Virus record (IMG/VR): IMGVR_UViG_3300038309_000252
Span: 32,001 to 96,000 of that record
DNA length: 64,000 nucleotides
DNA from: a virus
Direction: 5' to 3' (one strand)
Shown: positions 50,151 through 59,572 of the stretch, piece by piece
How the letters are laid out: each line of letters begins with the position of its first letter
Position numbering within the stretch: position 1 is the first letter of the stretch
Notes under the pieces: generated by a model
What the model saw: only the letters and a program-made list of their open reading frames with translations
What the model was told of the DNA's origin: nothing
Database searches by the model: none
Made by a program: the position numbers and the translations under genes

Positions 50151-52321
50151 AAATTGATCAGCAATTGTTGGAATCCGTAAGTAATCAAATTATTATTGGA
50201 TTTGGAAGATTTAATCCACCAACAATTGGGCATCAATTGCTAATAGAATTCATAAAAAGGTATGCCAATCAACAGCATATACCTTATAAGATTTATGTTA
50301 CTGCAACACAGGATAAAAAGAAAAATCCTTTACCACAAAATAGGAAATTATATTATCTTAATATGATGTTTCCTAATACTAATTTTGTAGGCACATCACC
50401 AACTGAAAGGACAATTATTGAAGTTCTTAAAGAATTAAATAAAACTTATTCAAATATTATTCTAGTTGCTGGTTCAGATAGAGTTGCTGAATTTCAAAAA
50501 CTAATTTCCAGTAGAAATGGAAAGGATTATGAATATACTACAATTAATGTAATGTCTGCTGGTGAACGTGATCCAGATAGTGATTCAGCATCAGGAATGT
50601 CTGCAACTAAAATGCGAGAAGCAGCAAAAAATGGTGATTTCGAATCATTCAAAAGTGGTATACCATCATCAATGAAACAAATAGATGCTAAAAAATTGAT
50701 GAATGAGGTTAGAGAAGGATTAGGTGTTGGTCCAGTAAAAGAAAGTATAAATGGGATAACAGATATTAGAGAAAAATATTATCGTGGTAAATTATTTCAT
50801 AATGGTCAATTAATAGAAACTAAAAATGAAGATGTATTTCAAATAATTAAATGTGGTACAAACCATATTATTGTAAAAGATATATTTGGAAATAGGTCTT
50901 CTAGATGGTTATATGAAGTACAACCATTGTCTGAAGCAACATCATTTTCAATTTTAAATGATAAAAATAAATTTGCTGCTATGGTAGCAAACTTATTAGA
51001 AGTTGATGTTGATAAAAATGATAGTCCAGATGATATTATCAATAAAAGCATTAATTCGCTTAAAAATAAAAAATTAACTGATGATTTGGAAAGTATAGCA
51101 AAGCAAATAATTTCTCATTCCAAAAAGATTGGAATTCAAATAGATCGTAAAAATATACCACTAAATCTACAAACAAGTGTAACAGAAGAAATAGATTTAG
51201 ATAGGTTATTTGATCTAATACCTATTATTGATCAATATAAAAATAGAGAAAATAATAGTTATCTAAATAATGAAGTATGTAATTTACCAATCAGTTTAAA
51301 ATCTAAAGCATTGATTCCTATTAATGGACAATTAAGGAGAACTAACTTGAGTTATAATTTAGAAAGTATCAATAGTGCTGAAGAATACCATATGATGAAA
51401 CAATCTCGTGGTATGCAAAAATTAATTGAACATTATATGGATAATGGTCATGAATATTGGAATGCTGTAATTCTAGCTAAAGAATCAGCAGCTGAAGCAT
51501 TGAATGAAGCATGTAAAAGCAAAAAAAGTAAAGTTACTGAACAAGATGATGAAGACATGGAAGATGATGAAGACATGTATTTAGAGTTAGATGATGGTGA
51601 CTTTGAAGACGAGGAAGATGATGAAGACATGGAAGATGATGAAGACATGGAAGATGATGAAGACATGGAAGATGATGAAGACATGGAAGATGATGAAGAC
51701 ATGGAAGATGATGAAGATCTTACTGAGCACTATAATGGTAATGAAAAAACATTAATTGAAACCTATATGGATCAGATTGCAATGTTTAGTGAATTAGATG
51801 AAGTATTGAGCGCTGCTGATCGTATGAAGCGCGCAAAGATTTTTGCCAGATCTGCAGGTAAAAGAATGGCATCAAGACTGCGTAATGCTGGTAAGCTAGC
51901 TTCAAAAGAAAAGTTAATGCAACGAGCACAATCAACCGCCATTCGTAAGCTAAAAACAAAGTTATTGAAAAAAGATCCTTCTGAGGCATCACCTGGTGAA
52001 TTAGCTAAAGTTGAAAAGAAACTTCAATCCCCACAAGCAAAAATGAGTATTAAAAAGTTTGCTCTTAAGCTATATCCAATTCTAAAGAAAAAGGATGCAG
52101 AACGAGTAGCAAAAGCTAAAGAGAAGAAAGAGGAGTATTCTGCTATCAATGAATATTCCTGGAAACCTGGTGATGAAGTAGCTCCACCAAGTAAAGCTGA
52201 AAGAGAAAGAGCAGAAAAAAGGTTTAAAGCAGTATCTGGTATTTCAAGTAGGAAAGCTGGACGTAAAGAGTTCGGTGATAGAATGGATCAAACACGTTTA
52301 GATAAATTACGTGATGAATGA
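50135..52321 (+). CDS. HIGH-family (cytidylyl/NMN adenylyl) transferase with long acidic and basic C-terminal extensions
   Basis: Motifs FGRFNPPTIGH, VAGSDRV and SAGERDPD..GMSATKMR. Confidence 0.85.
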   Translation: MAKKLKIDQQLLESVSNQIIIGFGRFNPPTIGHQLLIEFIKRYANQQHIPYKIYVTATQDKKKNPLPQNRKLYYLNMMFPNTNFVGTSPTERTIIEVLKELNKTYSNIILVAGSDRVAEFQKLISSRNGKDYEYTTINVMSAGERDPDSDSASGMSATKMREAAKNGDFESFKSGIPSSMKQIDAKKLMNEVREGLGVGPVKESINGITDIREKYYRGKLFHNGQLIETKNEDVFQIIKCGTNHIIVKDIFGNRSSRWLYEVQPLSEATSFSILNDKNKFAAMVANLLEVDVDKNDSPDDIINKSINSLKNKKLTDDLESIAKQIISHSKKIGIQIDRKNIPLNLQTSVTEEIDLDRLFDLIPIIDQYKNRENNSYLNNEVCNLPISLKSKALIPINGQLRRTNLSYNLESINSAEEYHMMKQSRGMQKLIEHYMDNGHEYWNAVILAKESAAEALNEACKSKKSKVTEQDDEDMEDDEDMYLELDDGDFEDEEDDEDMEDDEDMEDDEDMEDDEDMEDDEDMEDDEDLTEHYNGNEKTLIETYMDQIAMFSELDEVLSAADRMKRAKIFARSAGKRMASRLRNAGKLASKEKLMQRAQSTAIRKLKTKLLKKDPSEASPGELAKVEKKLQSPQAKMSIKKFALKLYPILKKKDAERVAKAKEKKEEYSAINEYSWKPGDEVAPPSKAERERAEKRFKAVSGISSRKAGRKEFGDRMDQTRLDKLRDE
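51545..51718 (+). repeat. 18 nt tandem repeat encoding DDEDME
   Basis: GATGATGAAGACATGGAA repeated about 7 times in two tracts. Confidence 0.9.
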
Positions 52322-52401
52322 CAATATATTTTTAATCAATTTACAATTTTTGCAACAGAATCTTCAATAAGGTCTTCAATAAAAGGAAATACGAGGATAA
52401 A

Positions 52402-53916
52402 ATGTCTATAAAAGATATATTAAATCGAAATAAAAATGCAGGTAATAAAGGTAATAAACCTACACCTGTAAAAGATTTCATTCATCAACAAGCAAATAAT
52501 CCAATTAAAGATGCTAGTCCTGTTATAAAGGATTTTATTAAAAATAGACAACACAATGAAGTAAAACATACTCCATTAAAAGATGCAATTTCTTCTGTTA
52601 AAGATAATGAAGTAAAACATACTCCATTAAAAGATGCAATTTCTTCTGTTAAAGATAATGAAGTAAAACATACTCCATGGGGTACTCCATTAAAAGATGC
52701 AATGACTTCTATTAAAGATAATGAACATACTCCATTAAAAGATATTGCTGATAACATTTCCAAAAATGTACATATGCCACATCTTCCAAGAAATAATGAT
52801 CTTACAATTAAAGATACAGCACATAATATAGCTGATACTGTTAAAACTAATATTTCAGATACATTTAATAGCATTAAATCTAGATTTAATGCTAAAGATC
52901 ATGCTCATTTAGATGCTATTAAAGATAATATAACAGAAGTTGTTAATAATGTTAAACATATTCCAAATATTGATGCAGCATCATTTATTGATAAAGTTAA
53001 AACTGGAATTGATAATAAGATTGATGATATTAAATTAGGTTTCCCTGTTTCTGACCATCATATTTTAGATAATATTAAAACACAAGTAACTTCTACAGTT
53101 AATAATATTAAAAACAATGGTTTAGGAAATATTAGAAATAATATTTCAAATACTATTGAGACTGTAAAAGATGACATTCATGATTTTTTCGATGATAAAA
53201 ATATTAATTTAGATACCATAAAAGATACTGCTGATAATATTAAATCAAATATTGGTGAACATCTTTCAGATTTTATGCAAGGTGATCATCCTGTAATAGA
53301 TAATATTGAATCTGAAGTAATGAATATTATTAATAATATTAAAAATAGTATTGGTGGAATCTCTGGTTCAGGAATAGTAATTAATACACTATTATCATCA
53401 TTAAATGGTGTTAAACAATTAATTATGCATTCACCAACTGAAATTACATCTGCTATTACCATGGTGAGCAATCTTATTCATAAATTAAATAACTTTAATG
53501 TGCTTGGTGGTGGTAAGGCATCTTTAATTATTGATTTTATTGATATGTTTTTAAATAATATTACAAAATTACTATCATTAGGAGGTTCTGCTGTTAATAT
53601 AATTGATGATATTATTTCTGTTCTTGAAGAGATTCTTCCTAATAAATCAGAACCACCATCTGTCCCAGCTGTCCCAGAACAACCTAGTATGTCTGATGTA
53701 GTAATACATCAACAAGATGAAGTAAATACAAGCGATATGGCAAGTATTGATGATGACCAATTAGTATCACATGAATCTACAGTATCTATTTCTGATAATA
53801 CTAATAAAGATGATTTATGCTCTAATATTGATCAATTATCTGATCATGGATTTGTCATCGAACATGTAGATACTTTTAATGTATATATACATGATAAAGA
53901 TCATAGTGATAATTAA
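52402..53916 (+). CDS. hypothetical low-complexity D/N/I/H-rich protein with 17 aa repeats
   Basis: SD GAGGA; NEVKHTPLKDAISSVKD repeats. Confidence 0.7.
   Translation: MSIKDILNRNKNAGNKGNKPTPVKDFIHQQANNPIKDASPVIKDFIKNRQHNEVKHTPLKDAISSVKDNEVKHTPLKDAISSVKDNEVKHTPWGTPLKDAMTSIKDNEHTPLKDIADNISKNVHMPHLPRNNDLTIKDTAHNIADTVKTNISDTFNSIKSRFNAKDHAHLDAIKDNITEVVNNVKHIPNIDAASFIDKVKTGIDNKIDDIKLGFPVSDHHILDNIKTQVTSTVNNIKNNGLGNIRNNISNTIETVKDDIHDFFDDKNINLDTIKDTADNIKSNIGEHLSDFMQGDHPVIDNIESEVMNIINNIKNSIGGISGSGIVINTLLSSLNGVKQLIMHSPTEITSAITMVSNLIHKLNNFNVLGGGKASLIIDFIDMFLNNITKLLSLGGSAVNIIDDIISVLEEILPNKSEPPSVPAVPEQPSMSDVVIHQQDEVNTSDMASIDDDQLVSHESTVSISDNTNKDDLCSNIDQLSDHGFVIEHVDTFNVYIHDKDHSDN
52555..52743 (+). repeat. 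51 nt tandem repeat (2 perfect copies plus degenerate ones)
   Basis: AATGAAGTAAAACATACTCCATTAAAAGATGCAATTTCTTCTGTTAAAGAT. Confidence 0.9.
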
Positions 53917-53954
53917 TAAATCATAGGTATATTAACTATATATTTTTAACCATC

Positions 53955-54233
53955 ATGGTTATTAAACGATTCAGAAATAAAATCCATAAAGACCACAGAA
54001 TTAATTCTGTGGTCTTTAATTATTTCAATATTAGTTTATTAATAGCTAGTAGTTTTATTGGTGGTGGTTTAGGTTTTATTCTTTATGATAGCACATATTC
54101 AGTTACACATCAAACATTAATTATATCAGGACTATTACTTGGATTTATATTTGGATTAATTATAATTTGTTTTATAATTATATCAGAGTTTATTGAGAAA
54201 TTACAAGTTTTTAAATTTTTACATAAAAAGTAA
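53955..54233 (+). CDS. small two-TM membrane protein
   Basis: Two hydrophobic helices. Confidence 0.55.
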   Translation: MVIKRFRNKIHKDHRINSVVFNYFNISLLIASSFIGGGLGFILYDSTYSVTHQTLIISGLLLGFIFGLIIICFIIISEFIEKLQVFKFLHKK

Positions 54234-54252
54234 GAAAGCATTGAATAATACA

Positions 54253-54516
54253 ATGAATCTATATGTTGATGCATTGAATGATGATACGTATCATGCATTT
54301 TCAAACATAAATGAAAAAATAGCTCATTGGAATGAAATTAAAAAGAAACGTGAGGAAATAGCAAAAGCAATTGAAAGAGAAAATCCTGGTATAAACATGT
54401 CAAAAAAGATGGCTATTTCAACTTCAGCTGCTAAAAAATTCATTAATAAGAAACTTAGAAAAAAGAAAAAAGAATTAACACAATCATACATCAATTATCT
54501 TGACATGATTAGCTAA
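54253..54516 (+). CDS. hypothetical protein
   Basis: KKREEIAKAIERENP..KKMAISTSAAKK is a recurrent T4-like motif; start uncertain. Confidence 0.6.
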   Translation: MNLYVDALNDDTYHAFSNINEKIAHWNEIKKKREEIAKAIERENPGINMSKKMAISTSAAKKFINKKLRKKKKELTQSYINYLDMIS

Positions 54517-54530
54517 TTAAGGAGATATCT

Positions 54531-54785
54531 ATGCCTCTTTGGAGTAAAGAAGAAACTGTAGCTGGTCAACCTAAATGGTTATCTAAAATGCATTTGCCTA
54601 CAGGAACAACTATTGTATTGATTGATAATGATGAAGCTGGATTATCAGAAAATACTAGTATTGGCATTTCAACACCTGGTTGGTGGTTAAAAAAGACTTG
54701 GGTAAATGCCAGTGGTGAAAGTCAATATAGTAATGAATTACTAGTATCTATGGATGATGTTCCACCACCACCAGAATTACCTTAA
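54531..54785 (+). CDS. putative virion structural protein
   Basis: MPLW..PKW..GISTPGW..ELLVSM; SD AGGAG. Confidence 0.65.
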   Translation: MPLWSKEETVAGQPKWLSKMHLPTGTTIVLIDNDEAGLSENTSIGISTPGWWLKKTWVNASGESQYSNELLVSMDDVPPPPELP

Positions 54786-54799
54786 TAACTTTTTTCGTT

Positions 54800-55180
54800 A
54801 TGTTTGAAGTTCCAATTACAGAAAAGACATTTTTAATTATAGCTATGCATCACTATGATAAAACACAGTGTGAATCTATAGATGAATTTAATGATGATTT
54901 AAAGCGTTTTAGTTATTTAAAAAAGTTATTTGGTCGTTATTTAGACAATAATGAGTTAAAAGAAAGGTTAATTTTGAATCATATTATTGTTCTTTACAAT
55001 ATGTTTGGTCTAATAACAACTGATTTGCTATTTTACAAGATGGATAAGAAATATTGGAACATACTTGCAACATTTCTTATTTTTCTTGATAAAATGCCGG
55101 AATATATTCCAGATTTTCAAATTAATATAAACAACATGAAATTAGATTATAATATTTTATCTATTTTGAGGTCATTGTAA
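54800..55180 (+). CDS. conserved T4-like hypothetical protein
   Basis: EFNDDLKRFSYLKKL..LKERLILNHIIVLYN. Confidence 0.75.
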   Translation: MFEVPITEKTFLIIAMHHYDKTQCESIDEFNDDLKRFSYLKKLFGRYLDNNELKERLILNHIIVLYNMFGLITTDLLFYKMDKKYWNILATFLIFLDKMPEYIPDFQININNMKLDYNILSILRSL

Positions 55181-55183
55181 TAA

Positions 55184-55921
55184 ATGTCTGCTTTTACAGA
55201 TAATTTAATTGCATTTAGATTATTATATTTGCTAATGAAACCATTCAATAAAACTGAAGCATATAAACTTGGTATTATTGATGATACAGGCAAACTTCTT
55301 AAAAAAATGAAAGATTTATCATCTCAAGATGAAAGGAATGCTTATAATTACTTAACAAGATTTGTTTTTAATGTCAAAAGAATCCTTAATAGATTGCCTG
55401 GTGGTGAATCTAAGATAAAAAATCTTGTCGCTTCTGTTTCTTTAATTAAAGAAAATTATCAGAATCCAATCATGGATGAATGGATGATTTTTGAAAGTTT
55501 AATAAAGAACCTTAATATGATTGATAAAGGCATTCTATTTGTTGAAGAAATCATTATGCTTGAACATATGTTTCAAGACTCTTTTCTAACAGAAGATACT
55601 CCTGCTAATTCAACTGGAGCTATGGTTTCAACAGATATCCCAGTAGTTAGAAAAAGACCAAGAGTAATTAGACGTTTTATTGTTAATGATACAGTATATA
55701 ATAAATTCAAAAAAGGAAAAGAAAAATTCAAAAAATGGTCTGAATACCTTAATTTAGATGATGAAGGTGAAAAAATGATTTATGATTTTGCAAGAAAAAA
55801 TCATAGAGGAATTATTATATTACATAATGGCGATCAAGTTAAAGCTATAAGATATAATAGACGTGGTGGTGGAAAATGGGCAAAGATTTCAAGGAATTCA
55901 AGGAAAAAAAATAATGGCTAA
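55184..55921 (+). CDS. conserved T4-like hypothetical protein
   Basis: PFNKTEAYKLGIIDDTGK..AY....RFVFNVKR. Confidence 0.75.
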   Translation: MSAFTDNLIAFRLLYLLMKPFNKTEAYKLGIIDDTGKLLKKMKDLSSQDERNAYNYLTRFVFNVKRILNRLPGGESKIKNLVASVSLIKENYQNPIMDEWMIFESLIKNLNMIDKGILFVEEIIMLEHMFQDSFLTEDTPANSTGAMVSTDIPVVRKRPRVIRRFIVNDTVYNKFKKGKEKFKKWSEYLNLDDEGEKMIYDFARKNHRGIIILHNGDQVKAIRYNRRGGGKWAKISRNSRKKNNG

Positions 55922-56537
55922 TATAATTGCTATAATAATTGGTGTATTTAAAAATCCATTATTAAGATCATTTTTACTTGGATTTTTGTTTGTTTCTAGT
56001 TTATTTATTTGTTTTTATGCTGGAAGACATAAAGGTTATAACCAATGCTTTTCCCAAATTAAAATTGATCATAAAAACTGGCAAGAACGTATTTCAACTT
56101 TACAAAAAGAGTACTCTGATAAATTATCAGAAATTACTCAAGAGTATCAAGATAAAGAATTATTATTGCAAACTGCTTTAGATACTGTTGATGAAACAAA
56201 AGAAGAACAAGAAAAAAATAAACCTTCACCAGTAATTACAAAATATGTAAGAATATATCTTCCTGTACAAGTAGATAGACCTGTGCCAAAAGGTATTATT
56301 AAATTACATAATTTGTCTGCAAAAGGATTACCTTTATCAAAAGATAATCAGACTGATGCTGCAGAAGAATCTAAAGTTCCATTATCAACAGTAGCTTCTA
56401 CTGTGGCAAAAAACTATTATCAGTATAACATTCAGCGTGAAAGAATGATAGCATTACAACGAATGGTAAAAGATTTTCAACAAAAACAGCATGATCTTGA
56501 AGTAAAAAGGAAAATTGAAGAAGGTAAATCAAAATGA
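55914..56537 (+). CDS. inner-membrane spanin (Rz-like)
   Basis: N-terminal TM, coiled coil, and an overlapping downstream lipoprotein. Confidence 0.7.
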   Translation: MANIIAIIIGVFKNPLLRSFLLGFLFVSSLFICFYAGRHKGYNQCFSQIKIDHKNWQERISTLQKEYSDKLSEITQEYQDKELLLQTALDTVDETKEEQEKNKPSPVITKYVRIYLPVQVDRPVPKGIIKLHNLSAKGLPLSKDNQTDAAEESKVPLSTVASTVAKNYYQYNIQRERMIALQRMVKDFQQKQHDLEVKRKIEEGKSK

Positions 56538-56704
56538 TAAAAGTAACCTTATTTTTCTTAGTGTTATTTCTATTTGGAATTGCTGGATGTGCTAATCAAC
56601 CAACAATTGTTCATAGAGAGCAATTACAATTAGATATTCCACCATTTCTTCTTAAAGCACCACCACAACTTATTTTGTTACCAGAAGAAAATCATCAAAA
56701 GTGA
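56534..56704 (+). CDS. outer-membrane spanin lipoprotein (Rz1-like), 56 aa
   Basis: Read by eye: MIKVTLFFLVLFLFGIAG|CANQP..PPFLLKAPPQL; lipobox and Pro-rich. Confidence 0.8.
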   Translation: MIKVTLFFLVLFLFGIAGCANQPTIVHREQLQLDIPPFLLKAPPQLILLPEENHQK

Positions 56705-56705
56705 A

Positions 56706-56930
56706 TTATTTTTTTGATTTAAGTTTATCTTTAGGGTGTATTTTACCTCTGGAAAGTAATTCAGTATATATACTTTCAAAATAAATCCAATCAGAAAGAT
56801 TTGGTGGACCAACTTTAATCATTGTTGTTACAAACCCAAATTGTAATAAGATAAAAATAAGCAAGTTTACAAACCATTTATTGAATCTAACATATTTGTT
56901 ATTAGCTAAATAAGATTTAAGTTTTTTCAT
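56706..56930 (-). CDS. small membrane protein
   Basis: One TM helix. Confidence 0.4.
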   Translation of the reverse strand: MKKLKSYLANNKYVRFNKWFVNLLIFILLQFGFVTTMIKVGPPNLSDWIYFESIYTELLSRGKIHPKDKLKSKK

Positions 56931-56951
56931 AGAAGTTTAAGGATTATAATC

Positions 56952-57365
56952 ATGTTAATACCTTTTTCCATGGATGACCTCCACATATATTTATTAATGC
57001 TTATTTGTATTTTTATTTATGGTGTCATAATGTATGATGTTGTTTTTAGTAAACATCCAATGTATATTAGTGGTGATTATTCTATGTTATATCCTAGTGT
57101 ATGGTTACAAAAAATAAAAACTTATTTTAATATTAACAATGAATATACTGAAAAGAAATCGATAAAAATTAGACTTAAAACGTATATTAATTATATTAAA
57201 AGATATTTAACAGTAATTAAAGTTAATTTACAATGGAAATTGAGGTTAAAATTGAGGTTAAGTTGGGTACATTATTATATTAATTTATGTTTATGTTGGT
57301 TGATATACTATTATTACAAACTTAAGTTTTTGATCAAGTTTATGATCAAAAAAAAGGCGCAATAA
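56952..57365 (+). CDS. hypothetical membrane protein
   Basis: Hydrophobic termini; ends at the bidirectional terminator. Confidence 0.45.
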   Translation: MLIPFSMDDLHIYLLMLICIFIYGVIMYDVVFSKHPMYISGDYSMLYPSVWLQKIKTYFNINNEYTEKKSIKIRLKTYINYIKRYLTVIKVNLQWKLRLKLRLSWVHYYINLCLCWLIYYYYKLKFLIKFMIKKKAQ

Positions 57366-57376
57366 ATGCGCCTTTT
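57348..57376. terminator. bidirectional terminator (mainly g32, minus strand)
   Basis: A run, then AAAAGGCGC-aataaat-GCGCCTTTT. Confidence 0.85.
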
Positions 57377-57393
57377 ACATTAAAAGTCAGATT

Positions 57394-58311
57394 TCATTCA
57401 TCAGCTAATGATTGAAAATATGCCACCATTTCATCATCATTATCTGATTCCAAAGGTTGCTTTTTAGATTTTCCAACTTCTGGTGTTTCTTTGACCTTAG
57501 CTTCCATTATAGGTTCTTCGATTTCTTTAATATTTACAGAAACTTCTTTTGCTGAAAAGTTTTTGTTAGTAAGACCTAACACAGCATTCAACTTTTGTTT
57601 CAATTGTTCATATGTCTTAAAGTTTGATTCATCAATAAGTTCAGATAATTTATAACACTTATTTGCAATTTGCATAATTTCTTCATCAGAATCAGATATT
57701 GGTGCTGGTGATTCAAACTCAGAAGAATCATAGTTTGGAAATCCATCTGCTTGCTTGATTCGCAGTTTGAAGTTAGCTCCTTCCCAAAAATCAAAAACAT
57801 TCACTGGTTCCTGATCTTCAAATAATGGTTTTGCTTTATCAATAATCTTATCAAAGATTTTCTTGCCATACTTGAATAGAAATACCTTTCCATTATTTTC
57901 TGGATGTTTTGGATCATTAACAACAAGAATATTAGAAATGTAATTCAACTTCCTTTTTTGATCTCTTACTTGTTTTCTAGCAGGAGACTTATCATCATTA
58001 GTAGAATTCCATAGTTCTATATTCAATTCATTAACAGGATCCCCCTTGTTAATAGTTGTCAATGAGTTTTCAATGTACCATTTTCCAGTTGGTCCTTTAA
58101 ATCCATGAGTAAATAACTTAACCCATGGTAGAGCATTCTCAACACTTGGAAGAAAACGAATTGTAGCAGAACCATTACCTGCTTTATCACGTTCTAGCTT
58201 CCAAAAACGATCGTCATTATAATCTTTCCTTTCATTCTGCTCAAACTCTTTAATGATCTTGCTAAAATCATTATTACGTGTTGCGCGCACAGATTTGATA
58301 TCAAACGACAT
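57394..58311 (-). CDS. g32: single-stranded DNA binding protein gp32
   Basis: Motifs DDRFWK..DKAGNGSATIRFLP, WYIENSLTT and FDFWEGANFKL; acidic tail. Confidence 0.98.
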   Translation of the reverse strand: MSFDIKSVRATRNNDFSKIIKEFEQNERKDYNDDRFWKLERDKAGNGSATIRFLPSVENALPWVKLFTHGFKGPTGKWYIENSLTTINKGDPVNELNIELWNSTNDDKSPARKQVRDQKRKLNYISNILVVNDPKHPENNGKVFLFKYGKKIFDKIIDKAKPLFEDQEPVNVFDFWEGANFKLRIKQADGFPNYDSSEFESPAPISDSDEEIMQIANKCYKLSELIDESNFKTYEQLKQKLNAVLGLTNKNFSAKEVSVNIKEIEEPIMEAKVKETPEVGKSKKQPLESDNDDEMVAYFQSLADE

Positions 58312-58345
58312 ATTACACCTCTTTTAACGACATATAAACGAAATA

Positions 58346-58501
58346 TTAATTATATTTTTCTGATGCAGGAAATTGATAAAGATCACGTTTATTAGTTTTT
58401 CTTTTATTATACTGCTTCTTTTGCTTTTTGTCAAGTGATTCCTTTTTATCCTTATTATCCCACATATAATCAAATTTATTCTTATGAAAAGTCTTACTCA
58501 T
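58346..58501 (-). CDS. small basic hypothetical protein, 51 aa
   Basis: Read by eye: MSKTFHKNKFDYMWD...; SD AGGAGG further upstream. Confidence 0.5.
   Translation of the reverse strand: MSKTFHKNKFDYMWDNKDKKESLDKKQKKQYNKRKTNKRDLYQFPASEKYN
58406..58434 (-). promoter_or_regulatory. sigma70 promoter of g32
   Basis: TTGACA-17bp-TATAAT. Confidence 0.8.
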
Positions 58502-58521
58502 AAATTAAACCCTAAACCTCC

Positions 58522-58737
58522 TTAAAATGACAACAATAGATTATTTTCCTTTTTAATATTAAGATCATTTTTTAACTTAGCTTTCAATGCAGCATTAACA
58601 TTTTTTGCAATTTGCTCTGGTTCAATATCATATCTATTGCAATATTCAAGGATGACATCTAGACATGTCATCCTATTTTTGATTGCTATTAATTCAATTT
58701 TTTCAGAGAAAATATTTTTGTTAATTTTCTTAGCCAT
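58522..58737 (-). CDS. g33: late transcription coactivator gp33
   Basis: FSEKIE..LDVILEYC..DIEPEQIAK....LKAKL; next to g32. Confidence 0.8.
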   Translation of the reverse strand: MAKKINKNIFSEKIELIAIKNRMTCLDVILEYCNRYDIEPEQIAKNVNAALKAKLKNDLNIKKENNLLLSF

Positions 58738-58809
58738 AATTATCCTCTTTTGTTTGATTGTCAAACATCATAATCAAATAACCATAATTCATCGTTACAT
58801 GTATTAATC

Positions 58810-59556
58810 CTAAAATCCACTGGAAACTTTTTTTCCTGTTCTTGTTCTTTTAATTGGGTATTCGTTAAGAAGTTGCTTGGATCCTTCTTCATTGGATGGA
58901 CAGGTTGTATTTGATTGTGATTGCTGCTCATGTTCATGTTTACATTCATGATTTTCATTTCCTTCAACTTTATTAAGAAACTTTAAACGTTCTTGAAATC
59001 TATTACGAATTTGATCAGCATCAAACCATAATTCAACTCCAGATTTTACACCTTCTAATTCTTCAGAAGTCAAGAAACCATCATAGGTTTCATGAAGCAT
59101 TTTCTCAATCATTTTGACAGTAAATTCTGTGTGTGCCTTTACATTCCTTGCACTTCCTTGCGATTCAAAAAAAGCAGTATGAATCATCATATAAGCACTA
59201 TCAAAGACCACAATTTGATCGCAATACATGGCAATCATAGAAGCAGCAGAAAAACATGGACCAACAAGCATTGCTGTAGTTGTTGCTTGAGTATACTTCA
59301 ATCCTTCAATAATTGCAAATGTGGAATCAAGACTGCCTCCAGAAGAATTAATAAATAAATTAATAGAATCATTTTCATCTGAATTAAATAAAATAGTCAA
59401 AAAATCACGATACTTATCTGGGCAATCAATTTCATTGTCTAAAAATACATCATGATGCTGGTAGATTTTTTGTATAGTCTTAATATACTGATCTACTGGA
59501 GTATCAAAAATCTTTGCAAAGATTTTTGATTGTGATGGATTAATATCATTATTCAT
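58810..59556 (-). CDS. ClpP-like serine protease
   Basis: Motifs INSSGGS, CFSAASMI and MMIH. Confidence 0.85.
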   Translation of the reverse strand: MNNDINPSQSKIFAKIFDTPVDQYIKTIQKIYQHHDVFLDNEIDCPDKYRDFLTILFNSDENDSINLFINSSGGSLDSTFAIIEGLKYTQATTTAMLVGPCFSAASMIAMYCDQIVVFDSAYMMIHTAFFESQGSARNVKAHTEFTVKMIEKMLHETYDGFLTSEELEGVKSGVELWFDADQIRNRFQERLKFLNKVEGNENHECKHEHEQQSQSNTTCPSNEEGSKQLLNEYPIKRTRTGKKVSSGF

Positions 59557-59572
59557 AGTTATCACCTCTATT

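Noticed and set aside
51448-51702. Poly-Ser minus-strand ORF
   Set aside because: It is the antisense shadow of the DDEDME repeat.
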